Part shown: piece after piece, positions 25,094 to 32,000 of the stretch
Numbering within the stretch: position 1 is the stretch's first letter
How the letters are laid out: each line of letters starts with the position of its first letter
Assembly (NCBI GenBank): GCA_016196885.1
Contig: JACPWU010000038.1
Coordinates: forward strand, 30,001-62,000
Source of the DNA: Chlamydiota bacterium
GTDB taxonomy: Bacteria; Auribacterota; JACPWU01
Direction: 5' to 3'
DNA: 32,000 nucleotides
Notes under the pieces: model-generated
What the model was told of the DNA's origin: nothing
Database searches by the model: none
Seen by the model: only the letters and a program-made list of their open reading frames with translations
Program-made: the position numbers and the translations under genes

Positions 25094-25786
25094 ATGAAAA
25101 AAGTATGTATTATCATCCCCGCTTATCAAGAAGAGGGTCGAATTGGGAAGGTGGTGGAAGCGGCCCTGGATTATGGGAATGTCGTTGTGATAGATGATGG
25201 CTCAAGAGATGAGACGGCCCGTGAGGCAAGGGAAAAAGGGGCCCAGGTGATTCGTCATTCTCAGAATCTCGGTAAGGGGGCGGCGGTCATGACGGGCCTT
25301 GATTATTTTCTAAAAGGCGAAGGGGAAGGCGTTATTTTAATGGATGGGGATGGTCAGCATGACGCTCGCGAGATTCCAAAATTTTTGGAGGTTGCGTTCA
25401 CCGATTCTATCCTGATGGTGGTGGGCAATCGCATGGAAGAAGTTTCCCAAATGCCCATGATCCGAAAGTGGACGAATCGCTTCATGTCGGGCCTTCTTTC
25501 TCTTTGTGTGGGAATGCGTGTTCCAGATACGCAATGCGGTTTTCGGTATTTGAAAAGGGACTTGGTGAAAAAAATAAATTTGACGGCTCAGCGATTTGAC
25601 ATCGAGTCAGAGCTTCTGATGGAGGCGGCAAGCCTTACCCATGGAATTTGCTCCGTGCCCATTGCTTCCATTTATAGGAATGAAAAGAGTAAAATTAAAC
25701 CTTTTCGGGATACCTTGCGCTTTTTGAAATTGATACTGCGGTCTTTTTGGAAAAGGGTGTACCATGCCAGATCCTCTCGGGGATGA
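25094..25786 (+). CDS. Family 2 glycosyltransferase (polyprenol-phosphate sugar transferase-like)
   Basis: IIPAYQEEGRIGKVV, DDGSRDETA, DGDGQHD and QCGFR motifs. Confidence 0.85.
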   Translation: MKKVCIIIPAYQEEGRIGKVVEAALDYGNVVVIDDGSRDETAREAREKGAQVIRHSQNLGKGAAVMTGLDYFLKGEGEGVILMDGDGQHDAREIPKFLEVAFTDSILMVVGNRMEEVSQMPMIRKWTNRFMSGLLSLCVGMRVPDTQCGFRYLKRDLVKKINLTAQRFDIESELLMEAASLTHGICSVPIASIYRNEKSKIKPFRDTLRFLKLILRSFWKRVYHARSSRG

Positions 25787-26423
25787 TCGGTTGGACGAAA
25801 AGGAGAAAATGATCCGCGAACAATTGGTTGCTCGTGGGATCGAAGATACACGGGTGCTGGAAGCGTTTCGCGAAGTGCCTCGACATCTTTTTGTGCGTGA
25901 GAAAGATTTGCCACAGGCTTATGAAGATCATCCCATTCCCATTGGAGAGGGGCAAACCACCTCTCAAACCTATATGGTAGCGGCCATGCTGGAGCTCCTG
26001 GAACTCGAGGTTAATGAAAAGGTCTTAGAAATTGGAACAGGATCCGGATATGAATCGGCGTTGTTGTCTAGACTTGCTCGGGAAGTCTATACCATCGAGA
26101 GATTGAGGACTTTGTACGAAAGTGCACAAGACAAATTAAAAAAAATGGGGTATGTTAATATCCATTTTAAATGGGGGGATGGTTCTCTCGGTTGGTCCGA
26201 TAAATCTCCTTTTCAGGCGATTGTGATTGGGGCGGCAGCGCCTCAGATTCCTCCCGTTCTGATGAATCAATTAGATGAAGGGGGACGTTTGGTTTTGCCT
26301 GTGGGCGATCGCAAAGAACAGATTTTGACGCGTGTGACCCGCGGGGGTGATGACTTTAAAATCGAAAAATTCATGACCTGTATTTTTGTCCCCCTGATCG
26401 GGGAAGAAGGATGGAAAGAATAG
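25764..26423 (+). CDS. pcm: Protein-L-isoaspartate O-methyltransferase
   Basis: VPRHLFV, a QTTSQTYMVA-type region, VLEIGTGSGY (SAM motif I) and FVPLIG. Overlaps the GT2 3' end by 23 nt. Confidence 0.93.
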   Translation: MPDPLGDDRLDEKEKMIREQLVARGIEDTRVLEAFREVPRHLFVREKDLPQAYEDHPIPIGEGQTTSQTYMVAAMLELLELEVNEKVLEIGTGSGYESALLSRLAREVYTIERLRTLYESAQDKLKKMGYVNIHFKWGDGSLGWSDKSPFQAIVIGAAAPQIPPVLMNQLDEGGRLVLPVGDRKEQILTRVTRGGDDFKIEKFMTCIFVPLIGEEGWKE

Positions 26424-26441
26424 TTATAAAAAGAATAGTTA

Positions 26442-26504
26442 TAAGTTTTAAGTTCTAAGTTTTAAAGGAGTTTATTTTTTTACTTACAACTTACAACTTC
26501 TAAC
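26442..26504. repeat. Heptamer-array hairpin H9 (word TAAGTTN / ACTTACA)
   Basis: Left arm taagttt taagttc taagttt (26442-26462), T-rich loop, right arm acttaca acttaca acttcta ac (26482-26504). Preceded by a 15-nt direct repeat agaatagttataaaa x2 (26417-26446) that contains the pcm stop. Confidence 0.85.
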
Positions 26505-26512
26505 CGCTTTCC

Positions 26513-26587
26513 CGGGGTGTGGCTCAGCCTGGCTAGAGCGCTTGGTTCGGGACCAAGAGGCCGGCGGTTCAAATCCGCCCACCCCGA
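26513..26587 (+). tRNA. tRNA-Pro (anticodon CGG)
   Basis: Hand-folded cloverleaf. Acceptor CGGGGTG/CACCCCG, D arm GCTC-AGCCTGGCTA-GAGC, anticodon arm CTTGG-TTCGGGA-CCAAG, 5-nt variable loop, T arm GGCGG-TTCAAAT-CCGCC, discriminator A. CCA is not encoded. Confidence 0.95.
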
Positions 26588-26602
26588 TGGTTTTTAAAAA
26601 AA

Positions 26603-26660
26603 AGGGTCAGGGGTCATCTATGAAAACGTCTTTTTTTCCTGACCCTTGACCCTTGACCCT
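26603..26660. repeat. Heptamer-array hairpin H10 (word AGGGTCA / CTTGACC)
   Basis: Left arm agggtca ggggtca (26603-26616), loop, right arm tgaccct x3 (26640-26660). Same word family as H12. Confidence 0.85.
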
Positions 26661-26671
26661 TGGATGAAAAC

Positions 26672-28339
26672 ATGCATGGCCTTCTTACCAATATTGGAAC
26701 GGCGTTAATTGCAGCAACCTTGATGGGCATTCTTGCCTTTCGACTGCGGCAGCCTGTCATTTTGGGTTACTTGATCGCGGGCGCTTTTGTGGGCCCTGAA
26801 ATGGGTTTGAAGCTTGTCAGTGATCCCCTCAACATTGAAATCATTTCAGAAATCGGTTTGATTCTTCTTCTTTTCATCATTGGTTTGGAACTCAATCTTC
26901 AGAAGGTCATTGCTTCTGGAAGGCAATTGCTGGTGGTTGGCATCGGCCAATTTCTTTTTTGCGTGATTTTGGGACTTTTGATTTTTCCAATGCTAGGCCT
27001 GGGACTCAAGGGTGGAAATTTAGATGGCCTTTATCTTTCTCTTCTTTGTGCGTTGAGCAGCACGGCGATTGTGGTGAAGCTCCTCTATGATAAATTTGAA
27101 CTGGATACCTTGTCGGGTCGTCTCACCTTAGGAATTCTCGTGATTCAAGATTTATGGGCGATTTTAATTTTGGCTGTTCAGCCCAATTTTGCGAATCCAC
27201 GATGGAGCCTTTTGGCACTTGCGATTTTAAAGAGTGGGGGACTTCTCGCTGCGGGTTTTATTTTGAGCCGATTTTTTTTGAAGCCTATTTATGAATGGGT
27301 GGCGAAATCTCCCGAGATGGTGGTGGCGACCTCCATGGGCTGGTGTGCCTTGGTTTCTTATGGGGCGGGGGCCTTGGGACTTTCCAAGGAAATGGGTGCC
27401 CTTATTGCAGGAATTTCCATTTCCAGTTTTCCTTACAGTATTCATGTGACCGCCAAAACATTGCCCCTTCGCGATTTCTTTCTCACTTTATTTTTCGTCT
27501 CTTTGGGAATGAAAATTGTTGTGCCTTCCATGACGATGATTCTAGCTAGCCTAGGACTCGTCGTGTTTGTGGTCCTTTCTCGCTTTCTCACAGTGTATCC
27601 TCTTCTGATGTTCTCGGGAGGAGGGCGCCGCACTGCTTTTATCACGAGCCTCAATGTGTCTCAAGTGAGTGAGTTTTCTCTGGTCATCGCCCTTTTGGGC
27701 GTCGGCTATGGGCATCTGGGTGAAAAATTAATGGCCGTGATGATTTACACCATGGCCTTTACGGCGGTCATTTCTTCTTATGCGATTAAATTTAGCCATG
27801 AGATTTATCAGATTTTTGATTTTGTGATTAGAAAATGCGGGTGGGTGAGGAAGGTGGATGTTCAAGAAAAAGTGGAAGAAGAGAAACATTACCCCGTTGT
27901 GATTTTGGGTTTTCATCGGGGGGCGCGGTCCTTGATCGAGATGGTTCAGGAGAAAAATCCTCATTTACTTTCAGAAATGCAGGTGATTGATTTTAACCCT
28001 GAGATTTTAAAGGAATTAAAGCGCATGAACATTGCGGCTCTTTTTGGAGATATCAGCAGCCTAGACACCTTGAAACATGCGCATTTGGAGCATGCCCAGG
28101 TTATTCTCTGCACGATTCCAGACATGCTTTTAAAAGGGGTGAATAATTTGAAGCTCGTGAAATTGTGCCGCTCCCTTGCCCCCCGTGCTATTCTGGTGGC
28201 CACGGCGGATTCCTCCGTCCAGGCTGAAAAATTGAAGGCGGCCGGGGCGAGCGAAGTTTTGCTTCCCTACGTGATGACGGGGAAGTTTTTGTCGTATTTT
28301 CTGGAGGAGAATTTGGCATCTTCTGAAAAGGGAAAATGA
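26672..28339 (+). CDS. CPA2-family monovalent cation:proton antiporter (Kef-type) with a C-terminal RCK/TrkA-N domain
   Basis: About 380 aa polytopic Na_H_Exchanger region, then VVILGFHRGARSL...VIDFN...GDISS Rossmann-like RCK region with a degenerate GxGxxG. I prefer the ATG at 26672. The TTG at 26660 lies inside the repeat. Confidence 0.85.
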   Translation: MHGLLTNIGTALIAATLMGILAFRLRQPVILGYLIAGAFVGPEMGLKLVSDPLNIEIISEIGLILLLFIIGLELNLQKVIASGRQLLVVGIGQFLFCVILGLLIFPMLGLGLKGGNLDGLYLSLLCALSSTAIVVKLLYDKFELDTLSGRLTLGILVIQDLWAILILAVQPNFANPRWSLLALAILKSGGLLAAGFILSRFFLKPIYEWVAKSPEMVVATSMGWCALVSYGAGALGLSKEMGALIAGISISSFPYSIHVTAKTLPLRDFFLTLFFVSLGMKIVVPSMTMILASLGLVVFVVLSRFLTVYPLLMFSGGGRRTAFITSLNVSQVSEFSLVIALLGVGYGHLGEKLMAVMIYTMAFTAVISSYAIKFSHEIYQIFDFVIRKCGWVRKVDVQEKVEEEKHYPVVILGFHRGARSLIEMVQEKNPHLLSEMQVIDFNPEILKELKRMNIAALFGDISSLDTLKHAHLEHAQVILCTIPDMLLKGVNNLKLVKLCRSLAPRAILVATADSSVQAEKLKAAGASEVLLPYVMTGKFLSYFLEENLASSEKGK

Positions 28340-29193
28340 AAATGGAAGCAGATTTTTACAAATACCATGCATTGGGAAATGATTATATTGTCATGGATTC
28401 CAACAAGACAAAGATCAAGCTCACTTCCAAAAATATTAAGCTCATCTGCGATCGAAATTTTGGGGTGGGCTCAGACGGAATTCTCTATGGACCTGTTCTT
28501 GAAAAAGGCAGGATTTCTTTAAGAATTTTTAATCCAGATGGAAGCGAGGCAGAAAAAAGTGGAAATGGAATCCGTATTTTTTCTCGGTTCTTGATGGAGG
28601 CGGGGTATGTCCATGCAAAGAATTTTTCTTTACAAATCTTAGGGGGTCTTGTCGAGGTTGAGATTTTGAATGATGTGGGATCACTGATTAAAGTAAACAT
28701 GGGGAAAGTCACTTTTCAAAGCGATCTCATTCGTGTGAAGGGGCCCGTTCGGGAAGTGGTCGAAGAGGAATTAAAGGTGGGGGATCACGCTTATCGTATG
28801 ACGTGTCTTTCGATCGGCAATCCCCATTGCGTGATTCTAATGAAAGAAATTTCAAAAAAAATGGCGATGGAATTAGGCCCTCTCGTCGAGCATCATTCTC
28901 TTTTTCCAAATCGCATCAACCTGCAGCTTTTGAAAGTGCTGGATCGGAAAAATATTCAAATTGAGATTTGGGAGCGCGGGGCCGGTTATACCTTGGCTTC
29001 CGGCTCCAGCAGTTGTGCGGCTGCCAGTGCAGCCTACAAATTGGGGCTTGTAGATACAGATTTAAAAGTTCACATGCCGGGCGGGGTGATTGAAATTGAA
29101 ATTGAAAAAAATGGGCATGTGCATATGACGGGTGTTGTGAGCTCTGTAGCTCAAGGTGAATTTTCAGAGGAATTTCGTAAGAAATTAATGTGA
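28336..29193 (+). CDS. Diaminopimelate-epimerase-family protein with both catalytic Cys replaced by Ser
   Basis: YHALGNDYIVMD, FNPDGSEAEKSGNGIRIFSRF, GNPHCVI and WERGAGYTLASGSSSCAAA align with DapF motifs, but with AGT (Ser) and TCC (Ser) at the two catalytic Cys positions. The ATG overlaps the antiporter TGA (ATGA). Confidence 0.85.
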   Translation: MKMEADFYKYHALGNDYIVMDSNKTKIKLTSKNIKLICDRNFGVGSDGILYGPVLEKGRISLRIFNPDGSEAEKSGNGIRIFSRFLMEAGYVHAKNFSLQILGGLVEVEILNDVGSLIKVNMGKVTFQSDLIRVKGPVREVVEEELKVGDHAYRMTCLSIGNPHCVILMKEISKKMAMELGPLVEHHSLFPNRINLQLLKVLDRKNIQIEIWERGAGYTLASGSSSCAAASAAYKLGLVDTDLKVHMPGGVIEIEIEKNGHVHMTGVVSSVAQGEFSEEFRKKLM

Positions 29194-29194
29194 A

Positions 29195-31030
29195 ATGGTT
29201 AAAACATCCACCCAAACTTTAAAGAATTTTAACTATCGCTGGGCTTGGCAATTTAAATCAAGTCCAGAAGAGCTTTGGCCTTTGGTTTCAGACACCAATC
29301 GCTTCAATTTTGAAATGGGGATGCCGCCTCTTTCTAAAACTGCCTCCAATGGCAAAAGGGTTTTGAGTTTCTCTCGGTTGGGAATCAAGATGACATGGGA
29401 GGAAATTCCTTTTGAATGGGTTCGTCCCTACCGGTTTGGGGTGATTCGGCGGTATTGCGAAGGGCCATTGGAAGAAATGAGAATTCACATAGAGCTCCTC
29501 CCCCTTTCCAACTCTCAAGGGACAGAGATGGTCTGCCAAATTGGATTAAGTCCCAAAAGGAAAGTTCGATGGATGCTGCTGTTTCTTCCCATCGAGCAAA
29601 GAATGGGGAAGTCCTTCGAAAAAATTTTTAGAGGATATGATGTCCTTTTGATCCAGGAAAATCTTTCGTCTTCGGGTTCCACTCAAAAACCCAAACGGGT
29701 GAAGGGGTCAGAAAAACGGCTGAACTTTTTAAAAGAAAATTTGCTGAAGGAAAATGTCTCGGCGGATTTAGTAAACCAGTTGATTAAACTGGTTGAATGG
29801 GGGGATGATTTGACGGTCCGTCGGATGAGGCCCTATGTTTTTGCAGATCATTGGCATGTTTCGAGAAAGACCGTGTTAGAGCTGTTTCTTTTGGCGACCC
29901 GGACGGGGCTTTTGGAAATGAGTTGGGATTTGCTGTGCCCGATGTGCCGAGGTTCTTCCGAAAGCCATTCTCATCTGGATGAAATCAAGACCCATTCGCA
30001 TTGCGACGGGTGTAACATGGATTTTACGATTAACTTTGACCGCCTGGTCGAATTGACATTTAAGCCGAATCCCTCGATTCGTCAGGCCGAGGGAAAATTA
30101 TTTTGTTTGGGGGGACCCCAGATGACACCGCATGTGATGCTTCAGCAATCTCTTTTGCCGGGTGAAAAGCGCTCTGTCCAGGCGATGCTTGAAAAGGGGC
30201 GCTATCGGCTGAGAACGTGCAGTGTGCCCGGGGCCCAGTATTTGAACGTGGAGAAAGAGGGTGCTTCGGAAATTTTCTTCACTGCAAATTCACGCGGCTG
30301 GTCTGAGAAAGAACTGTCTTTAACCAGAGAGGCCAAAATATCACTCGAAAATCAAACCGACCGTCCTCAAACTTTTTTTCTGGAGCGGACAAAATGGTCG
30401 GATCAGGCTGCGACAGCAGCCGAGGTGATCGCCCTTCAAAGGTTTAGGGATCTTTTTTCTGAAGAGGTTTTACGCCCCGGAGAACACGTCTCGGTCGGAA
30501 GCATCAGTATTCTTTTTACGGATTTGAAAGGTTCCACGCGTCTTTATCGAGAGGTAGGGGATGCCCCGGCCTTTGGTTTGGTCATGAATCATTTTGATGT
30601 TCTCAAAGAGGCCATCTTGGCTGAGGATGGAGCGATTGTGAAAACGATTGGAGATGCGGTGATGGCTGTTTTTAAACAGCCTTTGGGTGCCTTGAAGGCT
30701 GCGTTTGAAGCTGAAAAAAAATTGGCGTCGCCTCCCACGGGAACAAAGCCCTTGTTTTTAAAAGTGGGCCTTCATTATGGTCATGCGATTGCGATTAATT
30801 TAAACGAGCGCTTGGATTATTTTGGCTCGACGGTGAATTTGGCCGCTCGTCTTGGAGCGCTTTCCAAGGGGCAGGATGTGATTGTTTCAGATAGCATTTA
30901 TCGTGATCCCGAGGTTTCAGAATGGATTCGTTCCGAGCCTCACCTTCAGGTAGAGTCAGTCAAAGCCCTTCTCAAAGGCTTTGAAGAAGAGCATTTTGAC
31001 CTCTGGAGGGTTGCTGTAAAAAAGTCTTAA
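29195..31030 (+). CDS. Class III adenylate cyclase with an N-terminal SRPBCC-like region and a Cys4 zinc-ribbon-like middle domain
   Basis: C-terminal ILFTDLKGST, KTIGDAVMAVF, LDYFGSTVNLAARL (metal Asp pair, Lys/Asp specificity pair, Asn/Arg). Middle CPMCRGS...HCDGCN. The start lies 1 nt after the DapF-like stop. Confidence 0.85.
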   Translation: MVKTSTQTLKNFNYRWAWQFKSSPEELWPLVSDTNRFNFEMGMPPLSKTASNGKRVLSFSRLGIKMTWEEIPFEWVRPYRFGVIRRYCEGPLEEMRIHIELLPLSNSQGTEMVCQIGLSPKRKVRWMLLFLPIEQRMGKSFEKIFRGYDVLLIQENLSSSGSTQKPKRVKGSEKRLNFLKENLLKENVSADLVNQLIKLVEWGDDLTVRRMRPYVFADHWHVSRKTVLELFLLATRTGLLEMSWDLLCPMCRGSSESHSHLDEIKTHSHCDGCNMDFTINFDRLVELTFKPNPSIRQAEGKLFCLGGPQMTPHVMLQQSLLPGEKRSVQAMLEKGRYRLRTCSVPGAQYLNVEKEGASEIFFTANSRGWSEKELSLTREAKISLENQTDRPQTFFLERTKWSDQAATAAEVIALQRFRDLFSEEVLRPGEHVSVGSISILFTDLKGSTRLYREVGDAPAFGLVMNHFDVLKEAILAEDGAIVKTIGDAVMAVFKQPLGALKAAFEAEKKLASPPTGTKPLFLKVGLHYGHAIAINLNERLDYFGSTVNLAARLGALSKGQDVIVSDSIYRDPEVSEWIRSEPHLQVESVKALLKGFEEEHFDLWRVAVKKS

Positions 31031-31096
31031 TCCATTTTAGTAGAAGTAGTTGTGTCATTCGTCTTTTCACTTTTTTTATTCTCCCCTTTTCTTCCT

Positions 31097-31125
31097 TTGG
31101 CAAACACCTGAATAAATTGTAGAAT
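31097..31125 (+). promoter_or_regulatory. Putative sigma70-type promoter of bcp
   Basis: TTGGCA (31097-31102), 17-nt spacer, TAGAAT (31120-31125). This places hairpin H11 in the 5' UTR. Confidence 0.4.
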
Positions 31126-31143
31126 CGGCCCCTGATGAAGTTC

Positions 31144-31213
31144 CGTGCTTCGTACAGCGGTGTTCTTTTCGAAGTACGATGTACGAAGTTCGATGTTTTG
31201 TGTTCTGGTACTT
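31144..31213. repeat. Heptamer-array hairpin H11 (same family as H6)
   Basis: cgtgctt cgtacag cggtgtt cttttcg / aagtacg atgtacg aagttcg atgtttt gtgttct ggtactt. Shares CGTGCTTCGTACA and CGATGTACGA-GTTCGATG with H6. Ends 8 nt before the SD GGAGGG at 31221-31226. Confidence 0.85.
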
Positions 31214-31232
31214 AATAAAAGGAGGGTTTCAT

Positions 31233-31712
31233 ATGGTCGGGGAATCTTTAAGGGTGGGTGCCTTGGCGCCGGAGTTTTCTTTGTTGGATCAAGATGAAAA
31301 GAAGGTGAGCCTGAAAGATTTTAAAGGCAAATGGGTGATTCTCTATTTTTATCCCAAGGACAATACGCCGGGCTGTACGCGGGAGGCGATTGGTTTTACA
31401 GAGGACCTCGGAGTTTTTAAAAAACTCAGCGCTGTGATTTTAGGGGTAAGCCCGGATTCTTCGCAAAGCCATTGCAATTTTATTGAATCTCAAAAGTTGA
31501 AAATTACGCTTTTGAGTGATCCCGAGCACGGTGTTTTGGAGGAATATGGCGCTTGGGGATTGAAGAAAAATTATGGCAAGGAATATTGGGGTGTGATTCG
31601 GAGCACTTTTTTAATAGATCCCAAAGGAAATCTTGCCTTCGTATGGCCGAATGTAAAAGTAGACGGGCATGTGGAGAAGGTGTTGGAGAAGTTGAAGGAA
31701 TTGGGAAAGTAG
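31233..31712 (+). CDS. bcp: Thioredoxin-dependent peroxiredoxin Bcp
   Basis: APEFSLLDQDEKKVSLKDFKGKWVILYFYPKDNTPGCTREA. ATG at 31233, 6 nt after GGAGGG. The ORF-track extension from 31179 is translated repeat. Confidence 0.93.
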   Translation: MVGESLRVGALAPEFSLLDQDEKKVSLKDFKGKWVILYFYPKDNTPGCTREAIGFTEDLGVFKKLSAVILGVSPDSSQSHCNFIESQKLKITLLSDPEHGVLEEYGAWGLKKNYGKEYWGVIRSTFLIDPKGNLAFVWPNVKVDGHVEKVLEKLKELGK

Positions 31713-31784
31713 GGTCAAGGGTCAAGAGAAAGATAAATACCTTTAAACTCTTGACCCATGACCCCTGCAGCTTGACCCTTCTTT
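31711..31784. repeat. Heptamer-array hairpin H12 (word AGGGTCA / CTTGACC)
   Basis: Left arm agggtca agggtca agagaaa (31711-31731), loop, right arm cttgacc catgacc cctgcag cttgacc cttcttt (31750-31784). The bcp TAG stop abuts the first unit. Confidence 0.85.
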
Positions 31785-31836
31785 AGGTGGATCATTCGCC
31801 CATATGTGATTTCATGATAGAGCGAGGGAGTTAAAG

Positions 31837-32000
31837 ATGTCGCTTCGTCAAGTTCATGCTTATTTTTCGGGGTGTGTGCAGGGGGTGGGGTTTCGTTTTA
31901 CAACGGAGCGGATTGCTGAAAGTTATCCAGTCACGGGCTTCGTTCGGAATGTGTCGGATGGGCGGGTAGAATTGGTGGGGGAAGGCGAAGAAAAGGAGTT
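31837..32000 (+). CDS. acyP: Acylphosphatase (N-terminal part; continues beyond the window)
   Basis: My translation is [54 protein letters not shown], which has the VxGxVQGVGFR and GxVxNxxDG signatures. SD GAGGGAG at 31824-31830. Confidence 0.8.
   Translation, partial: MSLRQVHAYFSGCVQGVGFRFTTERIAESYPVTGFVRNVSDGRVELVGEGEEKE

Noticed and set aside
26588-26660. H10 as the intrinsic terminator of tRNA-Pro
   Set aside because: On the + strand the hairpin is preceded by an A8 run and not followed by a T-run. It would look like a terminator only for minus-strand transcription, and no minus-strand gene lies on that side.

Overview
A 32 kb stretch of bacterial chromosome, roughly mid-40s % GC by eye (not computed), and probably from a diderm (BamE-like lipoprotein, LpxL-family acyltransferase). 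I cannot place the organism. Coding content is mostly housekeeping and mostly on the + strand. Many genes are linked by ATGA/TAATG/TGATG/TTGA stop-start overlaps. Gene order: a partial secreted DUF3131/GH144-like glycosidase (-), HAD phosphatase (-), Memo-like protein, leuS, comEA-X-comEC, GAF-PP2C phosphatase and STAS protein (-), TPR protein, BamE-like lipoprotein, GH3 NagZ-like enzyme, a decayed AAA ATPase fragment, rplU-rpmA-obg-proB-proA, nadD-rsfS-argS, a glycolipid-type cluster (small lipoyl-like protein, GT28 MGDG-synthase-like, LpxL-family acyltransferase, GT2), pcm, tRNA-Pro(CGG), then a tightly coupled trio (CPA2 antiporter, DapF-family protein, class III adenylate cyclase), bcp and a partial acylphosphatase. 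No defence, phage or transposase genes were seen. The unusual signal is non-coding. Most intergenic spacers longer than about 40 bp (13 loci) carry arrays of 7-nt words. These are usually arranged as two inverted arrays that form long hairpins with period-7 mismatches. Several word families recur. Some arrays run into coding termini, and one appears to encode the whole charged-plus-hydrophobic signal anchor of the comEA-comEC-embedded protein. Three spacers are larger nested palindromic islands with GC-rich cores, and two of these carry a REP-like multi-hairpin module. Two GC-rich structured spacers may be unassigned RNAs. The DapF homologue has both catalytic cysteines replaced by serine.
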